From assembly GCA_000182565.2 (NCBI GenBank), contig KQ257467.1: a stretch of 64,000 nt of DNA. One strand, given 5' to 3'. The notes beneath the pieces were generated by a model that saw only the letters and a program-made list of their open reading frames with translations, did not search any database and was not told the DNA's origin. The stretch is from Spizellomyces punctatus DAOM BR117 (Eukaryota). Both the position numbers and the translations under genes were made by a program. This document shows, piece by piece, positions 36,353-49,993 of this stretch (positions within the stretch are counted from its first letter, which is position 1; each line of letters opens with the position of its first letter).

Positions 36353-38067
36353 GGATGCAGATTGCTAGGATGAAAGAGAATTGAAGATAGAGAAAGGAAT
36401 GCCAGGTCCAGATATTTTATTTTCGTAGTAATCACAGTCCAAGCCGCCCAAGAGGTAAGACAGTAGGGACAGGGAGGCCAGGTTGCAACCAGAATTCGTG
36501 AAGGCAGGCTATCGGTGTAATCTGTTATTTCCTTCCTTCGGAAGCATTGGCGACCACAAGAATGGAGAAATGGTGCCAAATTGTTATGTGAGCCAAGAAA
36601 TAGTAGCAACGGTCAAATGGCGAATCCCTGATGGAATTGCGGATTGTACAAGGTATATAGGACAGCCAGGATTCACGGTTTGAGTGCAGAGACTGAAAAT
36701 ATCAGCCCACTGTGCACGACAGCATAATGATATTTCAAGTAGCAAACAAACAAAAAAAAAAAAAGGCTGGCCAACTGGACGATCATTAGACGAGAGCAGC
36801 TGGAAATCAGGGGGAATGATGTCGTACTAGCTCCACCGGGTGGGTGCGGACACTTTCCCTTGAAGGCATATGGCAGCTGGTGTGTGGGTAACAAGCTGCC
36901 CAAAGATTTTTTTGAAAGAAACTTTCCGGAACACAACCCGTCCAACCCAACAAAAGGCGAGTACGAAAAGGCAAGCCGAATCTGGTTAAGTACGCGAACA
37001 AACGTAACGCTGCCCCCAGATCACAGCTGAGCACCCATTTCAAAAAGCATATGTTGTCTCTTTTTTTGGCTTTGGACGATTTTCACACTTTTTGAGCAAC
37101 TTTCCTTTGTCTTGTGTGTTTTGAGCCCCAATTTTATTCGTTGTGACGACACAACAAAACGTTTGGAACAAAAGCAAAGCCATGAACATCCGAGGGTGTT
37201 TTATGCTTTGTCTAACGTGTTACGATTGCTTTTTTCCTGCTTTATTTCTGGCCACATCGTTCAAGGTTTCCGAACGATGCCCGTCCTTTTTTTTTTTCTT
37301 TCATTTGGACCTTGGCCGTTTTGCACCAAAAAACAGCCACTTTTGAAGAGGCAAAGTACCAAAATGCAAAAGAGCAATGGATGAGCTGATATTTTATTCC
37401 TTTGCACTCGTTTAACCCCAATGAACTACTCGCATATTGCGCTTACTTTGGTGTCCTTGGGGGAAATGTCACACTTTTGCAACCGTTTCAACTACAAGTG
37501 TGAAATGAGATGTCCGAAAGGTAACACGTGATTTGCAAGTTCGAATCTCTCTCAAGACAAAAAGTCGAGTGCGCAATCTCTTTTTTTGTTGCGATTGTTA
37601 ACGTTCATTGCTAGCTTTTGTGAATCAAGGCGTCAAGCATTCCCATCGATCGCGGGGATGCTCGTTGGTTTTATACCGTTCTTGTAACGAACGCGACCGC
37701 TGCATGTCCAATGACCTTGACATGTTGGAATGCCCGAGACGCCCGAGACTCGCTCGAATGAAACGGTCGTAAACCATCAAACCATTGCAAAAAAGACCAA
37801 ACACAATGCTTTCCAATTCCTATGCGCATTCAACACAACCAAAAAAAACACACATGCCCCTGAAGAAAACGACTAATCAGAATAGCATGTCATTTTCCAG
37901 ACAGATGACATCAGCATTACACGTGATTCCGGATCGGCACGCTCTCGCCTGACTTGACCCTTTGGTTTGAACTGCAATCCCTGGGGGAGGTCCGATGGGA
38001 CAGGAGAAGGATGAGCACGCTTCTCTTGAGCAATAACGACATTGAATGACGACTACCTGGCTTTCCA

Positions 38068-40168
38068 ATGGATGTAGTATTGTTGTTACTTGGATTCCTG
38101 CTCGAACGCGCCTGGGCTCTTCCGGTTCCCGTAGAGTCATCAGGCCAAATAGGCGCGCAAACGCTACCCGATGTTAGCACCAAACTCACCGTTCCTTGGG
38201 CGGATGCTGTTATTGGTGCTTCCTACTTTGCCATTCCGGTAGAACTGGCCTTCTTTGTCTTCAAGCTCCCATCAACGACTTTGTATCAAAAATGCGTAGG
38301 GGGACTCTTTGTTGCATTTATTCTATTTTGCGGAATCGGGCACTTTCTGGATGCCAGCCATATGGGCGTTGAATGGGTTATTGCCGATAGATATCTGACG
38401 GCAGGCGTCTCCGCCATTACAGCTATCGCAAGTCCGTATGTCTTGAATTACAGCGTGGAGGCCATCAAGGGATTCTCGGAAGAGTCGAAATTGGTGGAAA
38501 AGCAGCGGGATATGCTGGCAGACGCACAGGCGCTGACCCACCTTGGCAACTGGGAGCTAAGAGAGGACGAAAAAACTGGCGTCCGGTGGATTAATGCATC
38601 CGACGAGTTTTTCCGAATATTTGGCATGGAACCGGATACATATGAAGCCAACAGGATCACTTACGATAGATATTGGAAGTGTGTCGCGCCAGAGGATCGA
38701 GAAAAGATTGACAAGGCGGTTAGCGAAGCTTTGTTGAATGGAGACTCATACCACATCATACAGCGGATTCGAAGGGAGTCGGACAGGAAGGAGGTCTATA
38801 TTCGCGGATATGGAAAGCCTGTGATCCGCGACGGAAAGATTCAAGGGCTCCGTGGGTTCGTATCAAGTGTACAATGGTGTTCTTTGACAATATTCAGCTT
38901 CTAACGTTATGGCGATTGACTGCAGGACGGCGCAAGATATTACCTCCCAAGTCTTTGCTGAAATGGAATTGACTAGGGCAAAGGAAGAGGCGCTCATTGA
39001 ATCCAAGCACAAAGACGTGGTGAGTTTTTGGACTGTACTTTGTATTTGCTGTTGAGTTTTACTTTCTTATTCCGAGATGCCACGTGAATAGTTTCTAGCA
39101 ACCATGAGTCATGAATTGCGCACTCCTCTCACATCCATTATTGGACACGTCGAGCTAATGGACGAAACACCCATGGACGAGACCCAAAAAGAGTACATGT
39201 CCAACGCTAGACGGGCTGCAACCACGCTCTTATCCTTGATCAACGATATCCTTGATTACAGCAAGCTGACCGCTGGAAAGGTTGATTTAGATCTACGTGT
39301 AACCAGTGTAGCCGAGATTCTGGATGATGTTCGCGCCATTTCTAAAGATCTTGGAAAGGAGGTTACTCTACGAGTCGACTCGTACGATGGGCCCAACGTG
39401 ATTGGCGATTCCACTCGACTGAAGCAGATTTTGTTAAACCTTGTCAGCAATGCTGTAAAGTTTACAATGCCTGGTGGATACGTCTTTGTTACCAACACGT
39501 GGACAGTGGACAATGCCGACAGAGTGAACCTCACCATATCGGTCCGAGACACAGGCATTGGTATGTCGGAGCAAGTAATACAACGGCTGTTCAATCCGTT
39601 TACCCAAGCAGACGCATCAACGAGCCGCCGATTTGGTGGGACGGGATTGGGATTATCGATCGTCAAGAAGCTCGTAAATGCCATGGATGGGTCCATCGAA
39701 GTAACTAGCGAGGAAAATAAGGGATCAACTTTCACAGTCCTTTTTAAACTGCCTAAAGCGCACGTCCTTCCACAAGAGGTGCCTGTTCCCGACAAGATGG
39801 GCAGCATGCGTATCCTTGTCGCTGAAGACAACAAGGTTACCCAATCTCTTCTTAAGCGGATGCTGCGTGACTTTACCGTCGACGTGGCTGATAACGGCCG
39901 CCAAGCTGTGGACATGGTGAAAAAGAATGAATCCTATCACATGCTTTTCTGCGACTTGAATATGCCGGTACTGGACGGCCTGGAGGCCACCCGCGAAATT
40001 AGGAAGACGACCCAAGGCCGTGAAATATTCATTGTTGGCTTAACTGCGAATGCGTTCAAAACCGATCGCGAAAACTGTTTAAAAGCTGGGATGAATGACT
40101 ACCTCTCCAAACCGTTCACGAAGCTATCTCTACTGGCTATGATTGCGAAAGCAAAATTGTCCGGGTGA
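38068..40168 (+). CDS. Ethylene-receptor-like hybrid histidine kinase (signal peptide, ETR1-type 3-TM ethylene-binding domain, PAS, HisKA, HATPase, receiver)
   Basis: ADAVIGASYFAIPVEL, FILFCGIGHF, RYLTAGVSAITA; PAS (GNWE...PEDRE...GTAQDIT); MSHELRTPL, NLVSNAVKFT, DTGIGM, GGTGLGL; receiver AEDN...CDLNMP...KP. Introns 38856-38925 and 39020-39091. Confidence 0.9.
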
Positions 40169-40824
40169 CACAGCTTGATTTCCAGAGCACGTTGAGTGGC
40201 CAAATGAACCTGAAAGTTTCAAAAGGAGTGATACTGGATACTTGCCTCTCCCAATATTCCAATCGAGAACGACTGTCGTTGGCTGCATTTATTGTCGTCT
40301 ACATGGGTGATCGGACTCTTTATTTTGCCGGCGTCGTCCGACTGACACGGTCAAATGGAATCTTTCGCGACCCCGTTTTGCTGCGTCCTTGACTCGGTGC
40401 ACAATGCGGCGGTTAATGCATGTGCTGCAAGTCCCGGAAAACGCACCTGTATAAAAGAGATTTAGAAACTTGAGACTTGAGCCAACATATGCTCATAGAT
40501 ACGCCGGTTTTTACACTCTGCTACCGGGAACCAAGGTACACCCCTACTTATTACGCACGTTTTCTTTGGCGACACATGGTGTCACCTTTTACGGGTGAGA
40601 TTGAGATTGCTACCCGACAATACAGCGGTTGACTAGTCGGCAGCTGAAGAAAGAATCTCTGGAGGCAGAGAATATTGGACATGGTTGTAAACAGTTGTAG
40701 AGAATTGTATTGGACGTGCGCTCAAGATTAAGCCAGTCTTGAATTTTATGGAACGTTTAATATAAGCCAATGTTTTGTACACAAGTCATTAATACTGCCA
40801 AGTATATAATACACGAGTCGAACC

Positions 40825-43800
40825 TCATCTGTTTACAATTCTCCCAACAGCTTTCAAATCCCTTGTCAAATTACCTCCCAAAGTCTTTCCGTTGGCCCAT
40901 TCCCACACTCGTCGCAAACTTGAAACCTTGCCCCAGCTCAAATTCAATACAGCCATCGCAACGTCTTCTTGCATCTCCTGGTTCTCGTCATTCAGTGACA
41001 AAAGTTTCTCCAACTGATCCCTAAACCATTCAACCCCTGGCAAAGGCTGGAAATCTCCCATGGAACCTCTGGCTAATCCTGAGATGAGCGAGAGTGAAAA
41101 TGGTGCCTTGTCGGGGTCATTGAGCTGGGCCCACAACTGCTGAATCACGGCATAGCGTTTTTCCCAAGGCAATTGCTGCCCACATAGTTCAACAGATTTG
41201 ACAAAAGCAACGGAAAACCGCGCGTTCGATCCAATTGATGAGTCATTCAAGACTGTATTCATCTGTCTCGTCAGCAAGTCCTCTGGTGTTAATGTCCCCG
41301 CCTTCAATGTTCCCAATTCGCACTTGTCAAATACGCCCACCCCATCAGTGGTCAAAGCAGTAACGATCGCCTGAAACGAATCGAAAACCGGATCCGACCG
41401 GTCAGACGGCCGTAACGCTTCGGGCCACATTTTGCTCACGTTGTCCAACATAATGATACAATCACTCACAGCACCAACCTCTCGTAATAGGTCGTAACAC
41501 AATACGCGACACCGTTGCAGATCGTTTGTAAAACGACACCAAGTTGTGAAAGCTCGAATCATGCGACACGCGCGCCCCAAGCTGCGTTTGGTAGCCGACG
41601 TGGTGACGAGCGTGTGATGGATCCATGTCATTATTTTGTCCAAGAGTTTCTTGCTGGCATACCGCACGGCCCAACTGAAAACGCATAAGATGATGTGGCG
41701 TTCACGCACAGGCAGATATTCGGATGTTTGCAAGCTTCGCAACATGGGTGGTGCACTCGGTTTAGTGATACCCCCTACCCTTCCGATCAATAGAGCGTGC
41801 GACCGGAAATGTCCCCAACATTGGTCTAAAGCGCATTGAAGGGTGTAAGAGTCACTAGCGGCTCGACTTTGCGGGTTTTTGAAGAAATCCACGAGGGCTG
41901 CAGGTGAGTCCGTATCAATGCTCAAAAGCACGTCCTTGATGACTGCAGAACAAAAAGAGGCCCGTGTCAGCTGTGGAAATGGTAGTTACGGGCATAACAA
42001 GCAACAACATATCCCTGACTCACACGTGACATCATCAACAACTGGCGAACCTTGGCCACTGACCACAGGAGAACTCGGTTTTGTTTTCTGCGCTTTCTCC
42101 GCCGGTACAACTTTCCGGATCTTTCTACTCATGAGGTCGGCAAGGTCCTTTTGCCGACTGGGAAAGAGGCGGTCAGACGATTCCATGGGACAAGGCGGTT
42201 GCGGGGGAGAGATGACATTATCCGCGGGTTTGAATTGAAGATCACTTGTCTGCAGTTTGGTTGGAGGCTCCAGAGCGGCAGATTGCCTGCGAGCTTGCTT
42301 CGATATAGAGGAGGGCGGTACACTTGCTTTGATTGAATCGGTTGTACTACGTGAGGCCGTGGCTGCTGCATTAGAGGTCGTTTGTCCTGCGCTTGAAGTC
42401 TTTTTTCCACCCGAGTCCGCATGCAGTGAAGTTCGCTTACCCCCGGATGCAGTACGTGACACAGGTTGACGTTGGGTACTATTTGATCTCGGTGGCAGTG
42501 AGGATCCTACAGGTTCTGATGCTCCCGAAGATGTAGAGCTGCCTGTTGACATAGTGCGTGACCTTCGCTTGACCTTTTCTACAGAGGGAGCCGCTTTTGA
42601 CTTAGCCGCCATGCTAGGTGCTTTGGCTCCTCCTGTATCTCTTTCCTTTGCAGCCAAAGCACTGGAGCGACTGGGAGGCAATGGCTTTGTTTTGTACCTG
42701 TCGGATGATGTTGTGCTAATGGAGTCGATGCTAGGGGCGCGAGAACGGCTCGCAGTGGTGATGGGCGACGCTCCAAGGTCAAGGGAGGTAGCAAGTTCGT
42801 CTTCCGTAGGAGTAGGGGAACACCTCGGAGTGGGTACTATTTCTGACAACGTCTGCACAGAATTTTGGGTTGCCCTTCGCTTGGAAGGTCGATCTTTGTA
42901 ATCCTCCTCCAGGTCAGACTGCAACTGGAAGTGAAACAATGATTAATGTGATTCTTTATATTAGCGTTTCTCAAGCAGCCTACCTCATCGTTGTCGACTT
43001 TTGTGAGTTTTCTTTTCAAGCAACTTAGGCGCACCTGCTGCTCAGTCACCAACTCTTGCAACGCCATCTGTGTAAAGACTTCATGATTAGAAGGTGGCCC
43101 CCGGTCGGACCAGGTGGCACTGAACATACCTTCTGCTTCGAAAGTGATGCGTTTTCACCTCTCAAACGATCGATCTGTCGTACAAGGCGAGAGACCCCGT
43201 CTTCTGACTGATCAGGTGCCATATGTTTTTCAATTCCCTTTTGCACAGTAGGCTCTTTGGCCTGTGCGCTTGCATTGCTGAGCTGTGCCCGCAACTGCCG
43301 TACTTCATCCTTGTGCCTGGCCCTTTCATCAGCGAGTCGACTGTTGCAAGTACGAAGTGTCTCCTCCTTGTCTTGAAGTTGCGCCTCAAACTCTTTCAGG
43401 CGATCCCTCATCCGTCGCATTTCATTGTCATAACGCTGTTGGACCGTCGCAGCATCCTCATTTACATCGTTGCGTTGGTCGCTTTTCCTGTACCGGGGTA
43501 CCTCAGTCTTTCCAGACGTTTCAGCAGCCGTTACTCGTTGTCGCATATTTTGGATCTCCGCATCTTTTGCTTTCATCCTCGCCTCCATCTCTGAATGCAT
43601 GTCCTTGAGCTTGTGGATCTCTTCATCTTTCTTTCTTAATTGAGAAATTTCAAGCAGTTGATCTTTGCACCGGGTCTCAATCTCCAGCTTCCCCTTTTCA
43701 AGTACTTTAGCTTGATTCTCTAAGGACATTTTCCCCTCTTCTAATATTGTACACCGCTCTTCTGCACTTTTAGCCAGTTTCACGGCCTCCACAGCTTGTA

Positions 43801-44584
43801 TCCTTGCTTCGGCCAACTGCTTTCGTAGTGTATCCATCTCGACCTTCACCGCGTCTTGCTTTGATGCCACTTCCGCGGATTGACATAGAAGCTCGTTAGC
43901 CTTGCACATTTCATCTTTCAGCTTTCTCAACTGATCATCTCTAGTAACCAGAAACGATATCAGTTGGTATGGTGCGACACAGAGCGGATGGCCACCTTGG
44001 TACGCACTTTTGAGCATGCTCCTCCCGAAGTTTGTTCAGAGTATTCTCGGACTGTTGAATCACCACCTTCTGTTGTATGACCTGCCTCTGCCAGTGATTG
44101 TTTGCATCTTTCAGTTTTACCACTTCCGCTTTTGTGCTTGCCAGTGCCGATTCGGTTTTAGCTAATCGAGAAACAGATTGCTTCGAGACAATGAGCTCTT
44201 CACGGATCTTGATTATCTCTTCGCGTAGGTTGATCAATTCCGCTACTGCCTCGTCGCGATCTTTAGCGGTGTTTCCCAGATCACTCTTTAGTTTTGCCAG
44301 TTCTGCAGCATTTTCCGCTTTTTCTTTTAGACATTAAAAAGAGGAATAATATAGGTCAAAAATATTGAAAGCGAGAACCAAAGAAAATGTTGTGTAGAGC
44401 CACCTTTTTCTGCATTTTTACAAAACTCGACCAATTTGTTCGTTTGGATAGCCTTCTCCTTGAACGCCTTCACATTTTTCAAGAGTGCTTGCTTTTCATC
44501 CCCCAACCTCTTCACATCCTCCTTGAGTTTGCCGCATTCTGAGCATGGCGACGCTGGGTCGGCGTTGACCTCAGGACATGCCAT
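40825..44584 (-). CDS. ICE1-like (Little Elongation Complex subunit 1-like) protein: N-terminal CxxC plus coiled coil, Ser-rich linker, C-terminal helical domain
   Basis: Start MACPEVNADPASPCSEC; long heptad-rich exons; C-terminal RMIRAFTTWCRFTNDLQRCRVLCYDLLRE...MW and VELCGQQLPW...LW resemble the ICE1 C-terminus as recalled. The gene itself is well supported; the family call is tentative. Confidence 0.6.
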
Positions 44585-44762
44585 GTCATATCTCACAACT
44601 GGCCTGGGGGGGTTGGGCAAAGAAGTAGGCAGATGGACCCTGCTCTCAACACAATGCAACCGGTTGGGCACGTGATCAGCGATATTCGCGTGCTAGTCCA
44701 AGAAACCGACTGCCCAGCGAGATCTGCTCAACCTGGAAAGGCTCCCTGGAAAGGCTCGAGGC

Positions 44763-46552
44763 ATGTCTAGCGACGTGCGGGATATCCTGCAGCTCCCGGC
44801 CGACGCTGGGAAAACAACCTCATCGATACGCAACGCCGTTAAAGCGGAGAGAGTCAAGGAGAAGAAGAGCGGTATGGGGTGTGCAAAGCGCAGGTTTAAG
44901 TCAACCGGTCATTGACACCTTTTTTGAACAGATGGTCTAAATCGCGAGCTACTCTCATTGACGGGCGGTGCACCACCAATGGTACTTGCCAAAAAGAAGT
45001 ACAAGGCTAGACCGAATTTTAGTAAGAGAACAGCTGTTTCGCCATGGTAAGTTGTGACCGTATGTGCTCCGTCATTGTCTCTTTCCTAAACGAAGCGCAT
45101 ATAAAGGGTTTGGCGTTCCTTTACCAACCCAGCTCGAAGAGATAACTTGGAACTGTATCATTGGGTAAAAGCCACCGATGCAGAAGGTTGGTTTTGTTTT
45201 GGTCTGGATGCGGAAGAATCAACTCCGACCAACTCCTCAATGCATTCAGATTATTACTTTGCAAAGTTCAACGAAATTGTTGATATGGTCGATTACACCG
45301 AGGAAGAATATAACGCCCATCTGAAGGGTAAGGGCAGCTATGCGCTACATGAGTTGCAGCTTATGCTGAACGTAGCATCTTCGGGTACTTTAGATAAAGC
45401 AGCGTCATCTGGCTGGACCAGAGAAGAAACGGACTATCTGTTTTCTCTGTGTAAAGCATTCGATCTACGTTGGTTTGTTATCTTCGACCGGTACGATTGG
45501 CCGAATCACACGCGAACAATAGATGTATGGTGCAATTATGCGTCCATCTTGATGACTTTTAGAGTGTGTGAAGTGACTTCCATGTTGTATCAATGTATAG
45601 GATCTGAAGGAGCGCTACTATCAAACCGCGCGAGCCATCCTTCTAGCACGCGGTAAGCCGGACAAAAAGGATCTAACAGGCTACAATTTCGATAAAGCCC
45701 GCGAAATCGAACGCAAAAAGAATCTGGAAATTCTCTATAACCGAACTGCAGAACAAATTAAAGAGGAAGAGTATCTCTTTATGGAGCTCCGTCGTCGTGA
45801 GCAAAAGGAAGAGCGAATGCAACGTGAACGCGAAGCTGTCTGGCAGTTGCTCAACGATAATGAAGTGCGCTTGGCGAATAGAGAAGGGCTGACGCCAATC
45901 GATAAAAACGTAGAGAAGCTGAAGAAACGGAAATCCGTGGGCTCAACCAAGAGGGCGTCCTCTGAAGATGTGAGCAGCCCCGTAATGGAAGTAGGACCTA
46001 GCAACTCTGCAAGAAAAAGGAGCAAGGTCAAAGAAGAACCAGCGGCTGAGGAGGGTATGGTAGCCAGCCGCCTACTGACTGTGATGGCTCATTATCGGAG
46101 GGCTGACCGGGGCTTTATGTTCTAGATTCTGCCCACAAAATCAAATATCCAGTGGGAGCCTTCGCGCGTTCTTCAAAACTTCCAGCACCGAAAACAGCCC
46201 TTGTGCCCCGAGTCCACCAATTCCTGCAGGAACTTGGGCTGGGGATAAAGCCGAATATGCCTACCGCTCCAGTGTGTGCAAAATTTAACGAGCTGCAAAT
46301 GAACATCCAGACTTTACTGGAGGTGAAAAAGCTGTACGACAAAGTCGATTTGGAGCTGAGTAAGATGCGGGTGAAGGCCCGTGTGATGGGCGGGGGACAA
46401 GCAGGTGGATCTTCTGCAGTGGTAAGTTATTAATCGTCTCTGTCGGTAAAACTCTTGAAGGATAATGACCAAGTTGTTAGCCGCAGAAGCGGTCGTCCTT
46501 GACGCCTTCCTCTGCGCAAAAAGACCTAAAGCGGCAACGCACCGGAGCCTGA
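44763..46552 (+). CDS. SWC4: SWR1/NuA4 subunit Swc4/Eaf2 (DMAP1)
   Basis: MSSDVRDIL, GLNRELLSL, FTNPARRDNLELYHW, YYFAKFN, SANT WTREETDYLF...FDLRWFVIFDRY, DLKERYY. Confidence 0.93.
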
Positions 46553-47070
46553 TCTGACTGCCGCTATTACATTATTGTACATACTGCTGGAGAGGAATGA
46601 GGAGAGCGAGTAGAAAATGTTTGTATAAATTTACATTAGAACGGCGCATGCAGTCCTCTTTTGGAAAGCACAGATCGCATTTCACAAGCTGCTTGCCTTT
46701 TTTCGACCTAATGCTCTGTTCCTCATGCAATGGCCATTTTGTCCCGGCCAAAATTGTTCGAATCCACACTGGTGTATTATCCATATGTTATTGGTAATCC
46801 ATTAAGCAATCTTCTGGCTCGTTGAGCCAGATCCGTTCCTGGCAGAGCTGCCTGTCATCGACAGCATGGTTGGAGTACAAGGGCACGAAGTGGAACTGGA
46901 TTTGAAGCGCTCTATAGGTTTTTAAACCTCTATAGGTATTTAATGATACTCTGCGCCATAATCTTGTGTACATATTTGCAAACCAGAGGTTATTGTTTCT
47001 ACGCATGCGCCCCTTCTCATTTGATATGCCACAGCTCCCGTTTCCCTTTTGCCGATATCACCGACGTGCC

Positions 47071-49681
47071 TCATTCCCTGAAGTCCAGATATCTTTGGAA
47101 CTTCCTGGCGTATCGGGGTTGCAACTTCCTCTGCCCCAATGTTTCGTACCACGCAGTAACCACCCGATACAAAGAATTTTGCATTACTACAGCAAGAATT
47201 TGGTGAATGATCTACCGATGGAAATCCTGCGACTGGGTATGGATTACGTACCTTGTAAGAGAGCATATGGCTCCCTGAATAGCAACTGGTTATCACCCAG
47301 TTGATTTCGGATCCATGGATCCTCATCTGGTTTTACAGGCGGGTCCGCCAATCGTGTTTCCAAACCCAGCTGACACCGAAGTAGACATTCAAGGATAGTG
47401 TCAAGCTCGTCACTGACAATTCCAAATCGGTCCTCCGTTGGAGAAGCAACGACGATGCTAATAAGAACTGGCAATCATGGGTTAGCTGTAAGTTGACAGC
47501 ACCTTAACGTCCGATACTCTGTGAAGAACCCACCTTGAATAGCCCAAACTTGCACCTGAAAGTCGGCAAACAAATCCTTTGTTTGTCGATCCAATGTTTC
47601 CGCCACAAGCCATTTTCCCCATTTCCACCGTGCAATCCATTGCTGCAAGTTTGCCAAAACCTCCTGTCCGGTTGCGCGCCTGTCTTTTAATGATACAGGT
47701 ATTGACTGTGACTGTGCCGTTGATCCAGCTGTTTGTTGAGCGTCTAAGTGTTGCCGTGGGGGTCGAAGCAAGGCGGGGTACTCCCTATGCTGCTCTTGTG
47801 GCCATCTGTCCTGTAATACTTTGGGTGGCTCTGGCGGGACTTTCGGACTTCGAGCAGGGCTCCCTGGCTGGAACACAAATTCTTTGACTTTATCGCTAAC
47901 CACATCCAGGATGGCCTGTTTACGTTTCTGAGGAGAAAAAACGCTTGAACCCGTTATCCCCGAGGCAGCGGCAATTGGTTTAATTCGCTTTGCGTCCTCC
48001 TGTTCCCGGCGGTCTGGGAGAAACGGTCAGAAAGGCAGAACGTATTTTACACGTGATCCTCCATATAACAACTAGCCACCTTTGCTTTTTTTCTGTTCGA
48101 CTTCTAACGATTCACTCAGACGGTCCACGATAGACATTGATGAAGCGAGCACCGCTTTCAAAGGTGAAGGTTCGTCATTGCGAACGGTAAAAATACTCTG
48201 CCTAGATTGACCGCGACATTCCAATTGGCCTTTCAGGGTCAACCACGCTAGATACTGGGGAGGGAGATATGGTCAATATTCAGGGATCATGTGACGTTCT
48301 ACTGTATTAAATACCTGTGCATATTGGCCAGTCGGCAAGTTCAGACCTGTTAGAACTGTGGAACGAGGAATATCTTTTCTAATTGGCTAATGGAAATATG
48401 AAATGATGTATCAAGATGACAGTCCTCCTGCCAAAGTTGGGTGACAACCTCGACATACTCACAGCAGTAAAGAAGACTTCGAAAATGTGGTCGACAGCTT
48501 CCCAGATCGCAAGGAGTAGCATTCCTGTCAAGTAGCTGTGCAAAAGCGACCTCAAGCCAATCCAGCGTAGCCAGGAGCCTTCATGGATGATAAGCCTGTT
48601 TAACAGGGAACGGTTTTATTAGTCGAAAACGGTGAAAAATGAGTCACGCTCGCATTCTTTGCATACCCAATGGGAGCAGATTTGTTTCCGAAAGTCGCCG
48701 CAAAATTACCGATACGAACAATGCTTGCTGCCGCAATTTTGTACAGTGAGAACCCACAAATTAGATACAATGAGTTGTACACCGCGAGAAATATGGTTCC
48801 AAGTGACACCGCCGTCGATAAACTGACAGGTAACCGAGCTCTTATACGCCAATGCAGTCCACGCTGTAATAAAATACCCTTTAGTCAAAACGGAACTAAA
48901 GGTTGCCTCCAAATCTCCCAATTATACCTGAATTGGTGGGAAAGCCAGCTGATCGCGTTCAGCGTATCGACGATACCCAGCGTAAGCTAGAGCGACAAAG
49001 AGACAGTATCCAGCAATAAAGACCAGGTTCTCATTGAGTTCCGGTGCACCATATTTTCTAATTACTGAGAGTTACTAAACATTCATGGAAAGAAAACTGG
49101 TATACGAAGACATACCCTTCTGGATATAGAAACCAATCACTTTTCACTCTACTTTGCTTTTGTCGCAAGTAGAAATATCCTAATATTACACTAGACGCAG
49201 AATGCCAGAGGGCAGAAGCCAGTAACTGTCCATTCAAGAAGTCTAGCAGAGCAAGGAATCTCGTCCGCTGTACACGGCGACGAACTTTTCATGGAGCGGG
49301 CACGGTTAAGTAACCAAGCACAGGTGAGCAAAAAAGACCGGTAACGTACCTTGCAGGTTTTGGACTCTCCTCCAGACTAGGACCCCAATGAGTAAACTTG
49401 CGACAAAGCTGAAAAACCAGGTAGTGGGTTGGAAGAGCTTGCGGAGCCAACCTATGACCAGCCCAAGCGTTAGAGGTCCGACTTTTACCAGACAACGCAG
49501 AAAATCAAAACTATGTACCAAATCCCACAAAGTCACCGAGGGAAAGCGACCAAGTATATAGGAGGGTGTAAACGACGATGAAGGTGGCCCACAAAACACT
49601 GGCTAATCGGTTGTAGAGCTCTGGCGTAATTGCCTCAACAAAAGGGTTTGAGGACGGACCCCAGGAGTGCAAGAGCGACAT
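47071..49681 (-). CDS. NDC1: Transmembrane nucleoporin Ndc1 (multi-exon, fragmented in the ORF track)
   Basis: Several N-terminal TM exons; RQSIF; LFADFQVQVWAIQ...IVVASPTEDRFGIVSDELDTILECLL; terminal exon MQNSLYRVVTAWYETL...YLDFRE*. Start (MSLLHSWGP) is tentative. Confidence 0.78.
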
Positions 49682-49993
49682 TGGGCCACTTCTTTTGCCT
49701 CCAATTAACAACCACCCGCTGCGTAGGGCCAGGGGGAATTCCACTGCAATCCAGATCTCAAGATCGCGAAAGGTTGCAAAGACTCGAAGATGGTGCACTT
49801 GCCACAATAAATCGTCATATAGCCATATATGGTAACTGCTGTGGCGTGACTGGGAGTCTGCGTTAGTTCATGGCTGATGGGCCTTTGGCGCGGACCAAGG
49901 CAAGCAACAACGGCAAAGCGGATTAGCAGCAACCCATTTTACTTTACATTCTTACTTTACCTTCTCCGGCCAAGTTCGGGCGTTGTTGTGTAG

